A stretch of 64,000 nucleotides of DNA from a virus. Where the stretch lies: positions 2,703-66,702 of the IMG/VR virus record IMGVR_UViG_3300020419_000923; one strand, written 5' to 3'. Numbering within the stretch: position 1 is the first letter of the stretch; each line of letters opens with the position of its first letter. Shown here one piece after another: positions 47,736 to 58,275 of this stretch. The notes under the pieces were generated by a model, which was not told where the DNA came from, searched no databases, and saw nothing but the letters and a program-made list of their open reading frames with translations. A program made the translations under genes and the position numbers.

Positions 47736-47790
47736 TGGAATCTCCTTTAGAATTTTTTTTGCTACTTGTAGATATTTAGTTTTAGGTCAT

Positions 47791-47819
47791 AAAAAAAGGG
47801 CCCCGGAAGGCCCTTTTTT
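47791..47819. terminator. Bidirectional rho-independent terminator after the tail tube gene
   Basis: AAAAAAAGGGCC-CCGGAA-GGCCCTTTTTT. Confidence 0.85.
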
Positions 47820-47841
47820 GAATACTTTTTTAAATTAAATA

Positions 47842-48471
47842 TTAACCGTTTCCACCGCCTGTAATAGCTGTGTTAACTGTTCTACCAATTGCTGTTCCTA
47901 TACCTGTACCTTGTGGTGTTTGTATAGCATTGTCGTATCTAATTGTAAGTGTAACAGTAACTGGTGCTGATTCAGCATAGTTTAATGTATTATAGTTAGC
48001 ACTCTCAACATAACATCCGTATAGTTCAAATGTCTCTAGTACTGATGGAGCATTAGCACCGTTACCACCATCGAGTATTTCCATTCTGGTAACGAATTTG
48101 TAATCGCTTCCTGACGCCGCACTTGACATTTCAAAGAAGTCTAACTGTTTCTGTAATTGTTCACCGACAAATTTTTGTACGTTGTTGCTTACATCTTCAC
48201 GTAAAGTTAAAGTAATAGGCTCCCAAGTATGTTTACCTGCTAGGTATACTCTTGAGTTGTAAATGTCAACAGTCATTTGATCGAAACTTACGTTTGGTCT
48301 AGTTATGTCCATTACCTGTTTTGTTAATTCAGTTGTTGGACTTGATACTCCAAAATTTTCTAGCGATACCCTAAAACGGTATGCTAATTTTGGCATCAAT
48401 AACCCTTGGTTAGATGCACTCGCGTTACTATCTAAGGGTACTGTTAACTTTGAAAGTGTTGAAATTGCCAT
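47842..48471 (-). CDS. gp19: Tail tube protein
   Basis: YRFRV, YLAGKHTWEPITL, LYGCY, VTLTIRYD; follows the sheath gene. Confidence 0.82.
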   Translation of the reverse strand: MAISTLSKLTVPLDSNASASNQGLLMPKLAYRFRVSLENFGVSSPTTELTKQVMDITRPNVSFDQMTVDIYNSRVYLAGKHTWEPITLTLREDVSNNVQKFVGEQLQKQLDFFEMSSAASGSDYKFVTRMEILDGGNGANAPSVLETFELYGCYVESANYNTLNYAESAPVTVTLTIRYDNAIQTPQGTGIGTAIGRTVNTAITGGGNG

Positions 48472-48503
48472 TCTATATGCTCCTATTACTTTTATTTATC
48501 ATA

Positions 48504-51500
48504 TTATAGTCCTGCTATTTCACCTGTATTTTTAAGTCTCAATGGAATGTATATAAACTCCACTGCTTTTACTGGCTCTATAGCTATATCTACATAAAGT
48601 TCATTTCTATCAATTCTAGATGGTGTGTTGTTTGATTCATCACACACAACTAGGAAGTCATATAATGCTCTTTGTGAAACAAGTTCTAACATTAAACTAT
48701 CAACTTGTGCCTTGATCTCATCACGTGTAATCTTATCATTAGGTTCAAAGATGTAAGGCTTAGCAAGTTTCTTAAGTTGTGATCTCAAGTAAATTACTAA
48801 ACGTGCTACGTTGATTCTATCTAACGCACTAGCATTTCTTGCTCTAGTTTTTTGTCCGAAGTTAACTAATCCTGCTCCTGTTAAGAACGTAATTGGATTG
48901 ATGTTTAAAGAATACAATGTATCTCTTTGACCTTCGTTCAATGCTATTGATTTAAATTCTCCTTCAGCATCAACAAATCCTGCCGCACTAGCGTTTGTAA
49001 TGCCACCGCGTCTTGTTCCTGCTGGAGCAAACCATGGAAACGATACTTGATCACTTAATGCAAAAGTTCTCATTATAGCATGACTTGGTGGAACAACAAC
49101 ATTATTTCCGGCATTGTCACTTGTGAATAAGCTAGGATAAAATACTCCTAAGTATTCATCTCTTGAAACAAGTCCATCGTCGTTATCTTCAACAGCAAGA
49201 GCAGTATTATTACCCCAGTTGTTTAAAGTTGTTCCATCTGATTTTAATCTAAATGGTGAGTCACCAATAATAAATGCTGTTAAGCCTCTATCATTGTTAA
49301 GTGAAATCATTTCACCTATTAGTTCTGGATAACCTGGAGTAGCCATTACGTTGAATAGTCTTGATTCATCGTCTCTAATCTCTTGGTTACTATTAACTAG
49401 TGATTGTAATGCTTGTATTACAACTTTACGTTGTGCTTTACGACCAAAGCTACCTTTACCGTTTGGTTGGTTAGCTGACTCAGTTACCCATCTGTGTGGA
49501 TAATAAGTAGCCATGCTCTCGTCATTTTTTCTAACGTTTTTAGCTGTTAAGTCTACATAGTTTCTAACGAATTTTTTAACATTGAATCCGCTTCTACGTA
49601 AGTTCCATAACAACATGCCTTTTGGATAAAGTGCTGGATCCGGAGCATCAAAGTCTAAAAAGTCACTTACTAATAATTCAGCAATAGTTCCTTTAGGTGC
49701 TTCTCCATTTGTTCCGTTTGTTCCACCAGTTGTTCCATATCTAGCATCAGCAAATAAAATACCATCTTCAGTAGTTTGATCACCTTCATCTACAGCAAGC
49801 CATTTTTGAAGATCTGCGTTGTATTTGTAAACTTCTGGATAGCTTTCTAAGTCTGCTGTACTAATCCAAAGATCACCTGTTACCAATGGTGTAGTATCTG
49901 ATTGTTGTGTAGGTTCTGTAGCACTTACTATTGGACCTGCTGGATCTGCTGAAGAGTATACGTTTGCGTAACCTTTCCAAGTAGTTCCATCGTGTACCAA
50001 CATGTCAACTTCGTCAACAATTGAACTGTACCATAATCTACCGTTTGTTGTTAATGATGTTGGAGCATTTGGTCCAGCATTGTAAGTTAAAATTTTCCAA
50101 TTTGTAGCATGGAAATCATAAGCACTATCACCTGTTGGTGCTGTGTAAAGATTCGCTGTTCCTAATTTTGTGCTGTAGTTGTAAGCACTAAATCCTGCGT
50201 TTTGGAAAGCATTGTCTGTATCTTTAATACGCATTTCACCACCATCATTGTGTGAAATAACAAGTCTATTACTTGCGTCTACACTTGCTTGTATATTTGT
50301 AAAGCCATGTGCGTTAATTGCGTCAGCAAATAAGTCAGCATCTGATGTAGCACCAGTTGCCGTAAATGCTAAAGCTACGCCTGCGTCTAAAGCCGCTTGG
50401 TTTACTTTACTTTCACCTAATGTAAAATTAAAAGTTCCTGCCGCAAAAGTACTTGCCGTAATTGCGTTTGAAGTAATAGTAGTTGATCCTGAAGCATTTC
50501 TAGCAAAAATTGTAAAATCAAATTCTTCATTTTCTGCTATTGTTGTATGTGCTTGAATATATGTAGCACCTACCGCAAGATTAATTCCACCACCTGCTTT
50601 ATCTAAATTAAATAAAGCCGCTTCGTTTGTTTTGTAAACTGGAGCAGACTGATCTACCCATAGTTTAGTAGTTGTGTTGTATACTTTAACTTTGTAATTA
50701 GCACCCAAGTTAGCATCTGTAGTTTTAAACCAAACAGAACCTGAAGGTCTTGTTTTTGTATCTGCAGTCTTGAACGCTGGAACAGCCGTATGTGGAGCAA
50801 TTTCTAACGCAGGAGCAAAGTAAGTTCCTGCTGTGATACCTAAGTCTGCTAACAATGTACCAGTTTGTCCAGCCGCGATAGAAATGGCGCCATCGTCGTC
50901 TGTTGAACCGTCAGTTGTTGAGCTTCCGTCACTGTAGATATAAAGTTTTCCGTCTACGCTCTTAGCACTTACACCTGTAATTGCCGCATTAGTAATCGCT
51001 GTTACCATGTTAGCAACAGATGTCCCTGAAATTGATACAGTTGATCCGTTAATTATAATTGATTGACCAGTTGACAAAGTTGGATTAGCAGTTGATCCTT
51101 GTATTGTTGGCCAACTTTTTACCCAATCTGATGATCCAACTTTTACCCAAGCACCGTCTGTGTTCTTGTAGTAAACTTTGTTAATTGTAGTTGTTGTAAC
51201 AACAGCATAACCGCCTACTTGCCCTACTGAACCTTTTGGTATACCTGTAATAGATTCACCTACTAAATTTGTTTTAGATGTGATTACTGTTGGAACTTTA
51301 TTTGTAAATGCTTGTCCGCCTGTTACAGTTACAGCATTTCCGTTCCATTCAAAAATTCCGTATTTTGTTAAAGCAGTATCAAACCAAAATGTTCCGTTTG
51401 CTGGTGCCGCCGCTGGCGCACTTGAACTTGGTGAAATTTCATTTAGGTCTATGTCGGCTCTTGTTACAAAAGCTCTGTTCGCAACACCTAAGAAAGAATA

Positions 51501-51794
51501 AGCCGCTTGTAAACCATACTCGTTTAATTCGCCGCCGTTAATTGGATTGTTGTTGTTATCTGTTTCAAAGACTGGATCTCCGAACTTATCAGATAAGTCT
51601 CTTTGTGATGTAATAAGTTGTGGTACTCCAGCATTTGCTTTTGTAGTTCCACTAGCTGTTCCTGTCCCTGCCGCGTTTGTTTTATCTTGTCTAGATGCAA
51701 CAAAAACCATAGGAGTCATTCCCGGTTCAGCTGGGGTGTAAAAACTTTCGTCTATAACACTAACATTTACACCTGGTGATATTAATGATGCCAT
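48504..51794 (-). CDS. gp18: Contractile tail sheath protein with large insertions
   Basis: LISPGVNVSVIDES, WFAPAGTRRG, INPI, GQKT, SALDRINVARL, FEPND, IEPVKAVEFIYI. Confidence 0.93.
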   Translation of the reverse strand: MASLISPGVNVSVIDESFYTPAEPGMTPMVFVASRQDKTNAAGTGTASGTTKANAGVPQLITSQRDLSDKFGDPVFETDNNNNPINGGELNEYGLQAAYSFLGVANRAFVTRADIDLNEISPSSSAPAAAPANGTFWFDTALTKYGIFEWNGNAVTVTGGQAFTNKVPTVITSKTNLVGESITGIPKGSVGQVGGYAVVTTTTINKVYYKNTDGAWVKVGSSDWVKSWPTIQGSTANPTLSTGQSIIINGSTVSISGTSVANMVTAITNAAITGVSAKSVDGKLYIYSDGSSTTDGSTDDDGAISIAAGQTGTLLADLGITAGTYFAPALEIAPHTAVPAFKTADTKTRPSGSVWFKTTDANLGANYKVKVYNTTTKLWVDQSAPVYKTNEAALFNLDKAGGGINLAVGATYIQAHTTIAENEEFDFTIFARNASGSTTITSNAITASTFAAGTFNFTLGESKVNQAALDAGVALAFTATGATSDADLFADAINAHGFTNIQASVDASNRLVISHNDGGEMRIKDTDNAFQNAGFSAYNYSTKLGTANLYTAPTGDSAYDFHATNWKILTYNAGPNAPTSLTTNGRLWYSSIVDEVDMLVHDGTTWKGYANVYSSADPAGPIVSATEPTQQSDTTPLVTGDLWISTADLESYPEVYKYNADLQKWLAVDEGDQTTEDGILFADARYGTTGGTNGTNGEAPKGTIAELLVSDFLDFDAPDPALYPKGMLLWNLRRSGFNVKKFVRNYVDLTAKNVRKNDESMATYYPHRWVTESANQPNGKGSFGRKAQRKVVIQALQSLVNSNQEIRDDESRLFNVMATPGYPELIGEMISLNNDRGLTAFIIGDSPFRLKSDGTTLNNWGNNTALAVEDNDDGLVSRDEYLGVFYPSLFTSDNAGNNVVVPPSHAIMRTFALSDQVSFPWFAPAGTRRGGITNASAAGFVDAEGEFKSIALNEGQRDTLYSLNINPITFLTGAGLVNFGQKTRARNASALDRINVARLVIYLRSQLKKLAKPYIFEPNDKITRDEIKAQVDSLMLELVSQRALYDFLVVCDESNNTPSRIDRNELYVDIAIEPVKAVEFIYIPLRLKNTGEIAGL

Positions 51795-51899
51795 TTTGTT
51801 CTCCTGTATATCAACTGTTGTATGTATTTAGTCATCTTAATAAAAATATACCAAGAAATAACATAATAAAAGGGGGCAAAAAGGTATGGTAAATACAGT

Positions 51900-52235
51900 A
51901 TGCGTCCTTTATGTTCATATTGTAAACAAAGACCTGCCGCAATAAATTATAAAAAAGCCGGCAAGACTTATTACAGGAGACAATGTGAGACTTGCTTACA
52001 CAATGGCAAGGAGCATGGTATACCTAGTTGGTTTAAGGCTGGTTATAGGATGAAACAAGAATGTGATAAGTGTGGATTCAAAGGCCACCCTGAGCAATAT
52101 AATGTATATCATATTGATGGTAATTTAGTGAATACACACTACAGTAATTTAAAAACTATATGTGCTAATTGCCAGAGGCTTTTGCAGAAAAAAGGCGTAA
52201 AGTGGAAGCAAGGCGACCTCGTACCTGATTTTTAA
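51900..52235 (+). CDS. HNH/zinc-finger protein
   Basis: Several CxxC pairs; CDKCGF..VYHIDGN..N...NLKTICANC. Confidence 0.7.
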   Translation: MRPLCSYCKQRPAAINYKKAGKTYYRRQCETCLHNGKEHGIPSWFKAGYRMKQECDKCGFKGHPEQYNVYHIDGNLVNTHYSNLKTICANCQRLLQKKGVKWKQGDLVPDF

Positions 52236-52791
52236 GATCTTCTATAGTACCTTCATTGTAGATATTATGTTCAAATGCTGTTTTTGCCCAACGCCATTCG
52301 CTAGGATGTATGTCCACAGGTTCTATATCTAAGTCTACATATTGCCTAAACCACAAAGGATCAGGACCACGTTTGACACACCATACCTTACCACTCATTC
52401 CTTGGATAATTTCTGATTCATTTGAAAACCTAACATCCGGAATAACAAAATTTTTATCTGGATTATCTAAAATTTTTTTACGTACAAAACTTACCCAGAT
52501 TCCATCAAAGAATCCGTTACGCATACAGTCAGTGCCAAATTCTTGTAGAACTAATCTTGGTGTAATTTTTCTACCAGTTTCTTTGGTCCAAAAACTATCT
52601 TCTTGCTCACGCCATACCCTGCTTTCAGGAGTTTCGCCTTCTAGCATATCTCTATCCCAGTCAAACATTGTAGCAACAGCATCTTTCAGCTTGTCGGCAA
52701 AACTTATTTTAACAAATTTGTGATCATCAACCAGGATGTCAGCAACAGTACCTTTACCACTTCCAATGAGTCCACATAAACCAATAATCAT
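52165..52791 (-). CDS. gp1: Deoxynucleoside monophosphate kinase
   Basis: GLIGSGKGT, SFADKLKD, TPRLVLQ.FGT, PDVRF.NE, HPSE. Confidence 0.9.
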   Translation of the reverse strand: MIIGLCGLIGSGKGTVADILVDDHKFVKISFADKLKDAVATMFDWDRDMLEGETPESRVWREQEDSFWTKETGRKITPRLVLQEFGTDCMRNGFFDGIWVSFVRKKILDNPDKNFVIPDVRFSNESEIIQGMSGKVWCVKRGPDPLWFRQYVDLDIEPVDIHPSEWRWAKTAFEHNIYNEGTIEDLKNQVRGRLASTLRLFSAKASGN

Positions 52792-52816
52792 AGCGAGTCC
52801 TTATGTAATAGTAGTT

Positions 52817-52845
52817 ATTGTAACTGAAAAGTTTTAGTTTGTCAA
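52817..52845 (-). promoter_or_regulatory. Sigma70 promoter for dNMP kinase
   Basis: TTGACA (52845-52840), 17 nt, TACAAT (52822-52817); AAGGA RBS. Confidence 0.75.
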
Positions 52846-52852
52846 GTGGAAT

Positions 52853-53614
52853 TTAACCAATAGTAAAGGCGTAACCAGCGCCGCCACCAACCTGTGTGGC
52901 TACTTCTGCTTCTAGCTTTTCAATTTCTGACTGTGCTTCTGTTTTTAAAGCATCACCATTCATTGAAGATCCGCCCTGTGGTCCAGCTATCGTAGCAAAC
53001 TTTGAACGAGCTTCACCAAGCATGTACTTACATTTTGCGAGTGTATAATCTTTAATCCACTGTTGGGCTAGGTAATCATCTAATAACTCAAAGTCTGGTC
53101 TATAGTTGTAAGCATAAAGAAGTATTTCTTCATCTGATCGAGGACGTTGTAAAATAGATAATTTCTTTGTAACAGTATTCCATTTGAATTCAATAAAGGA
53201 ACCAAACATTCTACCAACCAATTCTTGGTATCCTGCAAAAGCATTATAAGTTGCTAACCCGCCCATATTAGAACTAGCTAAAAGATATGTGTTTGTATAC
53301 GCAAGGTTGAATGGTTCAAATAGTGTACCTCCGTCGCCACCACCTGATCTAGAACCAATACTTCTTCTAAATACCTGGCGTACTTCCATAACTTCTTGAG
53401 GTAGTGTATAATCATTTTGATCTATTACTAATGGTAAAAACATATAGGATTCTTCTACCGAATTATCTGAGCGTTGTCTGAACTTAGAAAGCGCCGCATT
53501 AAGAGCTGTTTCGTAATGATCTGGATCTAACTCAACATCAATCATGCCTCCACCTAAATTTAGCTCAACATACTTGAATACTTCTTGTTTTTTCGTTTTT
53601 AAATTAGTTGCCAT
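52853..53614 (-). CDS. gp13: Neck protein (gp13-like)
   Basis: LGGGMIDVEL, WIKDYTLA..K..LG..RSKF..I.GP.GG..NG. Confidence 0.8.
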   Translation of the reverse strand: MATNLKTKKQEVFKYVELNLGGGMIDVELDPDHYETALNAALSKFRQRSDNSVEESYMFLPLVIDQNDYTLPQEVMEVRQVFRRSIGSRSGGGDGGTLFEPFNLAYTNTYLLASSNMGGLATYNAFAGYQELVGRMFGSFIEFKWNTVTKKLSILQRPRSDEEILLYAYNYRPDFELLDDYLAQQWIKDYTLAKCKYMLGEARSKFATIAGPQGGSSMNGDALKTEAQSEIEKLEAEVATQVGGGAGYAFTIG

Positions 53615-53632
53615 ATTCTTTCCTTGCTACAG

Positions 53633-53652
53633 TATTTATGCTCTGATAAATA
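53633..53652. promoter_or_regulatory. Back-to-back late-type TAAATA promoters
   Basis: CATAAATA on minus (53640-53633) and GATAAATA on plus (53645-53652) between divergent neck genes. Confidence 0.6.
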
Positions 53653-53660
53653 GTTATGTT

Positions 53661-54821
53661 ATGCCGAGACTCAGTTTATATAAACCCGAAAAAGGGAAAG
53701 ATTATCAGTTTTTAGATAGGAACATTGAAGAGATGTTTACTATAGGTGGTACAGACGTATTTGTACACAAATACCTTGGTCCTAAAAATCCAGCCACAGG
53801 AGAAGCTACAGCAGGTACACCTGAATACAATGCTGTAAAAGAAACTAACATTCAAGACATGATATTTCTTGAAAATAGAGATAGAAAATATGATCCTAAT
53901 GTTTACAGTATAAGAGGTATTTACAATGTAGCAGATATAGACTTTGATCTATCGCAATTTGGACTTTTCTTATCCCAAGATATTGTGTTTATGACAGTAC
54001 CTATAAATTATACAGTAAAAGCTCTAGGTAGAAAAATTATGTCAGGCGATGTAATAGAATTACCGCATCTAAAGGATCCACATGCTTTAAATGATTTTGA
54101 TTTAGCACTTAAAAGATTTTATGTTGTTGAAGATGTAAGTAGAGCAAGTGAAGGATTTACACAGACTTGGTACCCTCATTTATATAGAATTAAACTTAAA
54201 CAGATAGTTGATTCACAGGAGTATAAAGATATACTTGATGCTAAAGCAGAAGAAGGAAGTGATAAGACACTTAGAGATTTACTTTCAACATATAACAAAG
54301 AAAAAGAAATCAATGATGCTGTAGTCAACCAAGCAGAAGCAGATGCTGGAAAAGCTGGATACGAAACAAATCACTTATACACCTTACAAGTTGATGATAG
54401 AGGTGTAACAGAACTAGTTACAACAGATACAAGCACACTTGATGCTAGTACACAAAATGAACTTGCTGATAGAATTCATCAAACTCCAGAAAGAGAAGGA
54501 TATGAAGGTTATCTAATAGGAGATGGTATAGCTCCTAATGGTGAAGCATTTGGTAGTGGTATAGGTTTTCCAACAGGTAGTGTAAAAGGAGATTACTTCC
54601 TTAGAACAGACTTATTTCCTAACAGACTGTTTAGATATGATGGACAAAGGTGGGTAAAAATGGAAGATAATATTAGAGTTAATTTAAGTAACACTGATAG
54701 TAAACAAACACAAAGAAGTTCGTTTATTAATAACACAGCAACTTCAAGTATAGGTGGCGAAACAGTTAAAGAAAGACAGAGCTTATCAGACGCACTGAAA
54801 GCTAAACCGGATAACGAATAA
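53661..54821 (+). CDS. gp14: Neck/head-closure protein (gp14-like)
   Basis: Start MPRLSLYKP at 53661; LSQFGLF, GDVIELP; lies between gp13 and gp15. Confidence 0.65.
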   Translation: MPRLSLYKPEKGKDYQFLDRNIEEMFTIGGTDVFVHKYLGPKNPATGEATAGTPEYNAVKETNIQDMIFLENRDRKYDPNVYSIRGIYNVADIDFDLSQFGLFLSQDIVFMTVPINYTVKALGRKIMSGDVIELPHLKDPHALNDFDLALKRFYVVEDVSRASEGFTQTWYPHLYRIKLKQIVDSQEYKDILDAKAEEGSDKTLRDLLSTYNKEKEINDAVVNQAEADAGKAGYETNHLYTLQVDDRGVTELVTTDTSTLDASTQNELADRIHQTPEREGYEGYLIGDGIAPNGEAFGSGIGFPTGSVKGDYFLRTDLFPNRLFRYDGQRWVKMEDNIRVNLSNTDSKQTQRSSFINNTATSSIGGETVKERQSLSDALKAKPDNE

Positions 54822-56323
54822 TGCAACATTTTTATGACGGACAAATAAGAAGATATATCACCCAATTAATTAGGCTTTTTAGTAACTTCAAATACAAAGA
54901 CGGTGAAGGCAAAGAAGTACAAGTTCCTGTAATGTATGGTGATATGACTAGACAAGTCTCTAATATTATAAGAGATAACAGTGAAAACAAAATACCTTCT
55001 GCGCCAAGAATGGCAGTCTATATAACTGCGTTAGAGCAGGACAGAACAAGGACAGCAGATTCTAGTTATACAAGTAAAGTACATATTAGAGAAAGAGCGT
55101 ATGACAATAATAATAAAGAATATTTAAACACACAAGGAAAAAATTATACTGTAGAAAGAATAATGCCTTCTCCGTATACATTAGCAGTGAATGTAGATAT
55201 TTGGTCAACTAATACAGAAATGAAATTACAAATTATGGAACAACTTTTAATGTTGTTTAATCCAAGTTTAGAAATACAAACTACGGACAATTATGTTGAT
55301 TGGTCAAGTTTGACTGTAGTCGAATTAACAAATTTAAACTTTTCAAGCAGAAGTATACCACAAGGTACTGAATCAGAAATAGACATTGCCAGTCTATCAT
55401 TTTCTACTCCGATTTATATTAATCTCCCGGCAAAAGTTAAAAAATTAGGAGTCATCACAAATGTTATTATGAGTATTTTTGATGAAACAAAAGGAACAAT
55501 TAATCTAGGCGCATCTATGCCTGAACTATCTGCTTATTCTGACACAGAAGCAAGTCAAGCTAAGACTGATCTACAAACAGGTAGAACAACCAAAGATGGT
55601 ATTACAGTTACAGGTGGAAATTATAAAGATTATGATATTTTAGTTATGGGTACTACAGCACAAATTGTTGATAGAGGCAGAGTAGGAAGTATCGCTTGGG
55701 ATCAAGTTATAGATCCACATCCTGGAGAATACAGAGCAGGATTATCGCAGATACAGATAAAAAGAAAATTACTTTCAGGAGAAAATACTACTATTAGTAT
55801 AAACGGTGGTATTACAATAAATGAACTAGATAGAACTAAATTACAGATAGTATGGGATGAAGATACAATTCCTACCAATTCTAGTTTAAACAGTCCTAGT
55901 GGCAGAAACAATACAGGTAGTGTTGATTTTATTATAGATCCACAAAAGTACAATCCAAACTCAACAACAAAAGTTGCTGGTTTAAGACTTTTACTACTGG
56001 GTAAAATAAATGATAGTGCGAATGTAGGTGGATTAATGACATTTGGACAGGATCCTAGCGACGGCAGTAGTCAAGACCCATATGACGGTCCAGATGCTTG
56101 GAAAAATACAGACGGAAGTGACTTTGTAGCAGGTCAAAATGACGTAGTTGAATGGGACGGATCTAAATGGCATATTGTTTTTGATTCTAGCTCAGATGAC
56201 GGAGCAACAACCAAATACTTAACTAACCTGAATACAGGCGTCCAATATAGGTGGACTGGTACAGAATGGATACTCAGCTGGGAAGGCGAGTATCAAAAAG
56301 GTACTTGGCGCCTAGCACTTTAA
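54821..56323 (+). CDS. gp15: Tail sheath stabiliser/terminator (gp15-like) with C-terminal extension
   Basis: HFYDGQIRRY..Q...LFS, VPVMYG, PSPY, QIMEQL...FNP. Confidence 0.75.
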   Translation: MQHFYDGQIRRYITQLIRLFSNFKYKDGEGKEVQVPVMYGDMTRQVSNIIRDNSENKIPSAPRMAVYITALEQDRTRTADSSYTSKVHIRERAYDNNNKEYLNTQGKNYTVERIMPSPYTLAVNVDIWSTNTEMKLQIMEQLLMLFNPSLEIQTTDNYVDWSSLTVVELTNLNFSSRSIPQGTESEIDIASLSFSTPIYINLPAKVKKLGVITNVIMSIFDETKGTINLGASMPELSAYSDTEASQAKTDLQTGRTTKDGITVTGGNYKDYDILVMGTTAQIVDRGRVGSIAWDQVIDPHPGEYRAGLSQIQIKRKLLSGENTTISINGGITINELDRTKLQIVWDEDTIPTNSSLNSPSGRNNTGSVDFIIDPQKYNPNSTTKVAGLRLLLLGKINDSANVGGLMTFGQDPSDGSSQDPYDGPDAWKNTDGSDFVAGQNDVVEWDGSKWHIVFDSSSDDGATTKYLTNLNTGVQYRWTGTEWILSWEGEYQKGTWRLAL

Positions 56324-56336
56324 GATAATTATTTAC

Positions 56337-56786
56337 ATGAACAGTGAAATCACGTGTAGTGGAGCCTTATTCTATGCTTTAAAAACAAAGAGGTTTTTAC
56401 TATTACACAGAACACAAAGCAAACAAAAGAATGTTTGGGGATTAGTAGGCGGAACCAATGGAAAAAATGAGTATCCTTGGCCTGCTCTACAACGGGAAAT
56501 TACTGAAGAAATAGGAGCATTACCGAACATTTTAAAAACAATTCCATTAGAAACCTTTGTAAGTAGTGATCATAAATTTAGTTTTCATACATATCTTTGT
56601 GTTACTGCTGAAGAATTTTTACCTGATTTAAACGAAGAACACGACGGATATAGTTGGGTAAGTTTTGGTAAATGGCCTAAGCCGTTACACATGGGACTAA
56701 GAAATACACTACAAAATAAAACCAATCAAACAAAACTAAAAACAGTTTTTGACTTAATAGGATATTTAGAGAATGAAAAAAATTAA
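56337..56786 (+). CDS. NUDIX hydrolase
   Basis: WGLVGG....E....ALQREITEEIG; LNEEHDGYSW. Confidence 0.85.
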   Translation: MNSEITCSGALFYALKTKRFLLLHRTQSKQKNVWGLVGGTNGKNEYPWPALQREITEEIGALPNILKTIPLETFVSSDHKFSFHTYLCVTAEEFLPDLNEEHDGYSWVSFGKWPKPLHMGLRNTLQNKTNQTKLKTVFDLIGYLENEKN

Positions 56787-58275
56787 AAACATTACTATTG
56801 TAGGCGGCGGATCAGCGGCTTGGTTAGCGGCAACCTACATACAAAACAATTTTTGGGACCTACCAGTAACAGTCATAGATAAGGAAGTAGGTAATCCTAT
56901 TGGAGTAGGCGAAGCGACTGTTTTAACTTTTCCTTCATTCCTACGACAATGTGGAATTAATTTGCCTCAATGGTTTCAAAATGTTGATGCTACATACAAG
57001 GCCGGTATTGATTTTCCAAACTGGGTAGAGCCAGGTAGAAAAATTTATCACCCATTCTTCTTAAATAGATCATATTTTGATTTGAAATGTACACAATATG
57101 ATATCTGGGCACAAAAACAAGATTTAGATTTTAGAGAATATAGTGTTCCTAGTTATCAAAATACTATGATGAACAAGGTCGACATATTCAATGCTTTTGA
57201 AACGTTAGCATATCATATAGATGCTGGCAAACTTGTAACTGAGTTACAAAACATTTGTGCTAACACAGTAAACATCATCAAGAGCGATGTAGTCAAAGTA
57301 AATAAAGACCTAGATGGCTATATAACCAGCCTTGATCTAAAGAATGGTACAACACACCAGTCAGACTTTTACCTGGACTGTACGGGCTTCTTATCGCTGT
57401 TAAAAGACCAGAAAAAGGTGGAGTTACTGGATACAGGCAGGTTGTTTACCAACGCCGCAGTAGCAGGACATGTGCCATATGAAGACTTTGAAAAAGAGTG
57501 TGTGCCATACGTAAGTTGCCCTGCTGTGGACCATGGATGGATTTGGAAAATACCAACACAATCAAGAATTGGTTCTGGTATGGTATTCAACAGTAACATC
57601 ACTGATCCAGAAGAAGCTAAAAAATATTTTTGTGAACATTGGAACAATAGAATAAAGCCGGAAGATTTAAAATTAATAGATTGGACACCGTACTATAGTG
57701 AAAACTTTTGGGAAAAGAATGTTGTATCAATTGGGTTAAGTGGAGGATTTATTGAACCACTAGAGTCAACAGGATTAGCCAGTATGACATATGGTGTACA
57801 AGAACTTGCTTTACATATTCCGCAGTACGCATATACAGAAAATTCAATAGACATGTATAACAAAACAATGATGTCATGGTATGGTGATGCTGTTGATTTC
57901 GTTGGTAGCCATTATGCTGATAGTAAATGGGACACAAAGTTTTGGAATTATGTTAAAGAAAAACATGTAAAATCTGAAAGACATTTATTTTATGAAGATT
58001 GGTTAAAAGATCCGCAAAGAACTTTTTATTCTGATGTGTCAAGTAAAACACTCTTTCATCCACAGAATTGGCAATTATGGTTAATACAAATGGGCTATCC
58101 AGCAAACGTTGACCTAAACAGGTTAAGTCCAATGCAGATAGATTTTGCTATGCAAGAATTTATGGGATCAGAAGAAATAAGAAATAAATTAAGCATCTCA
58201 CATAAAGATGCTATAGAAACAACCAATATGGGTTATGATTGGTATGTAAGATGTCATAGTACAGGAGACTTTTAG
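56773..58275 (+). CDS. Tryptophan halogenase-like flavoprotein
   Basis: VGGGSAAW, IGVGEAT, ATYKAGI, GWIWKIP, FIEPLESTG. Confidence 0.88.
   Translation: MKKIKNITIVGGGSAAWLAATYIQNNFWDLPVTVIDKEVGNPIGVGEATVLTFPSFLRQCGINLPQWFQNVDATYKAGIDFPNWVEPGRKIYHPFFLNRSYFDLKCTQYDIWAQKQDLDFREYSVPSYQNTMMNKVDIFNAFETLAYHIDAGKLVTELQNICANTVNIIKSDVVKVNKDLDGYITSLDLKNGTTHQSDFYLDCTGFLSLLKDQKKVELLDTGRLFTNAAVAGHVPYEDFEKECVPYVSCPAVDHGWIWKIPTQSRIGSGMVFNSNITDPEEAKKYFCEHWNNRIKPEDLKLIDWTPYYSENFWEKNVVSIGLSGGFIEPLESTGLASMTYGVQELALHIPQYAYTENSIDMYNKTMMSWYGDAVDFVGSHYADSKWDTKFWNYVKEKHVKSERHLFYEDWLKDPQRTFYSDVSSKTLFHPQNWQLWLIQMGYPANVDLNRLSPMQIDFAMQEFMGSEEIRNKLSISHKDAIETTNMGYDWYVRCHSTGDF

Noticed and set aside
51900-52235. HNH gene as a mobile homing endonuclease or intron ORF
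   Set aside because: Short, free-standing, interrupts no gene, and no intron structure is visible
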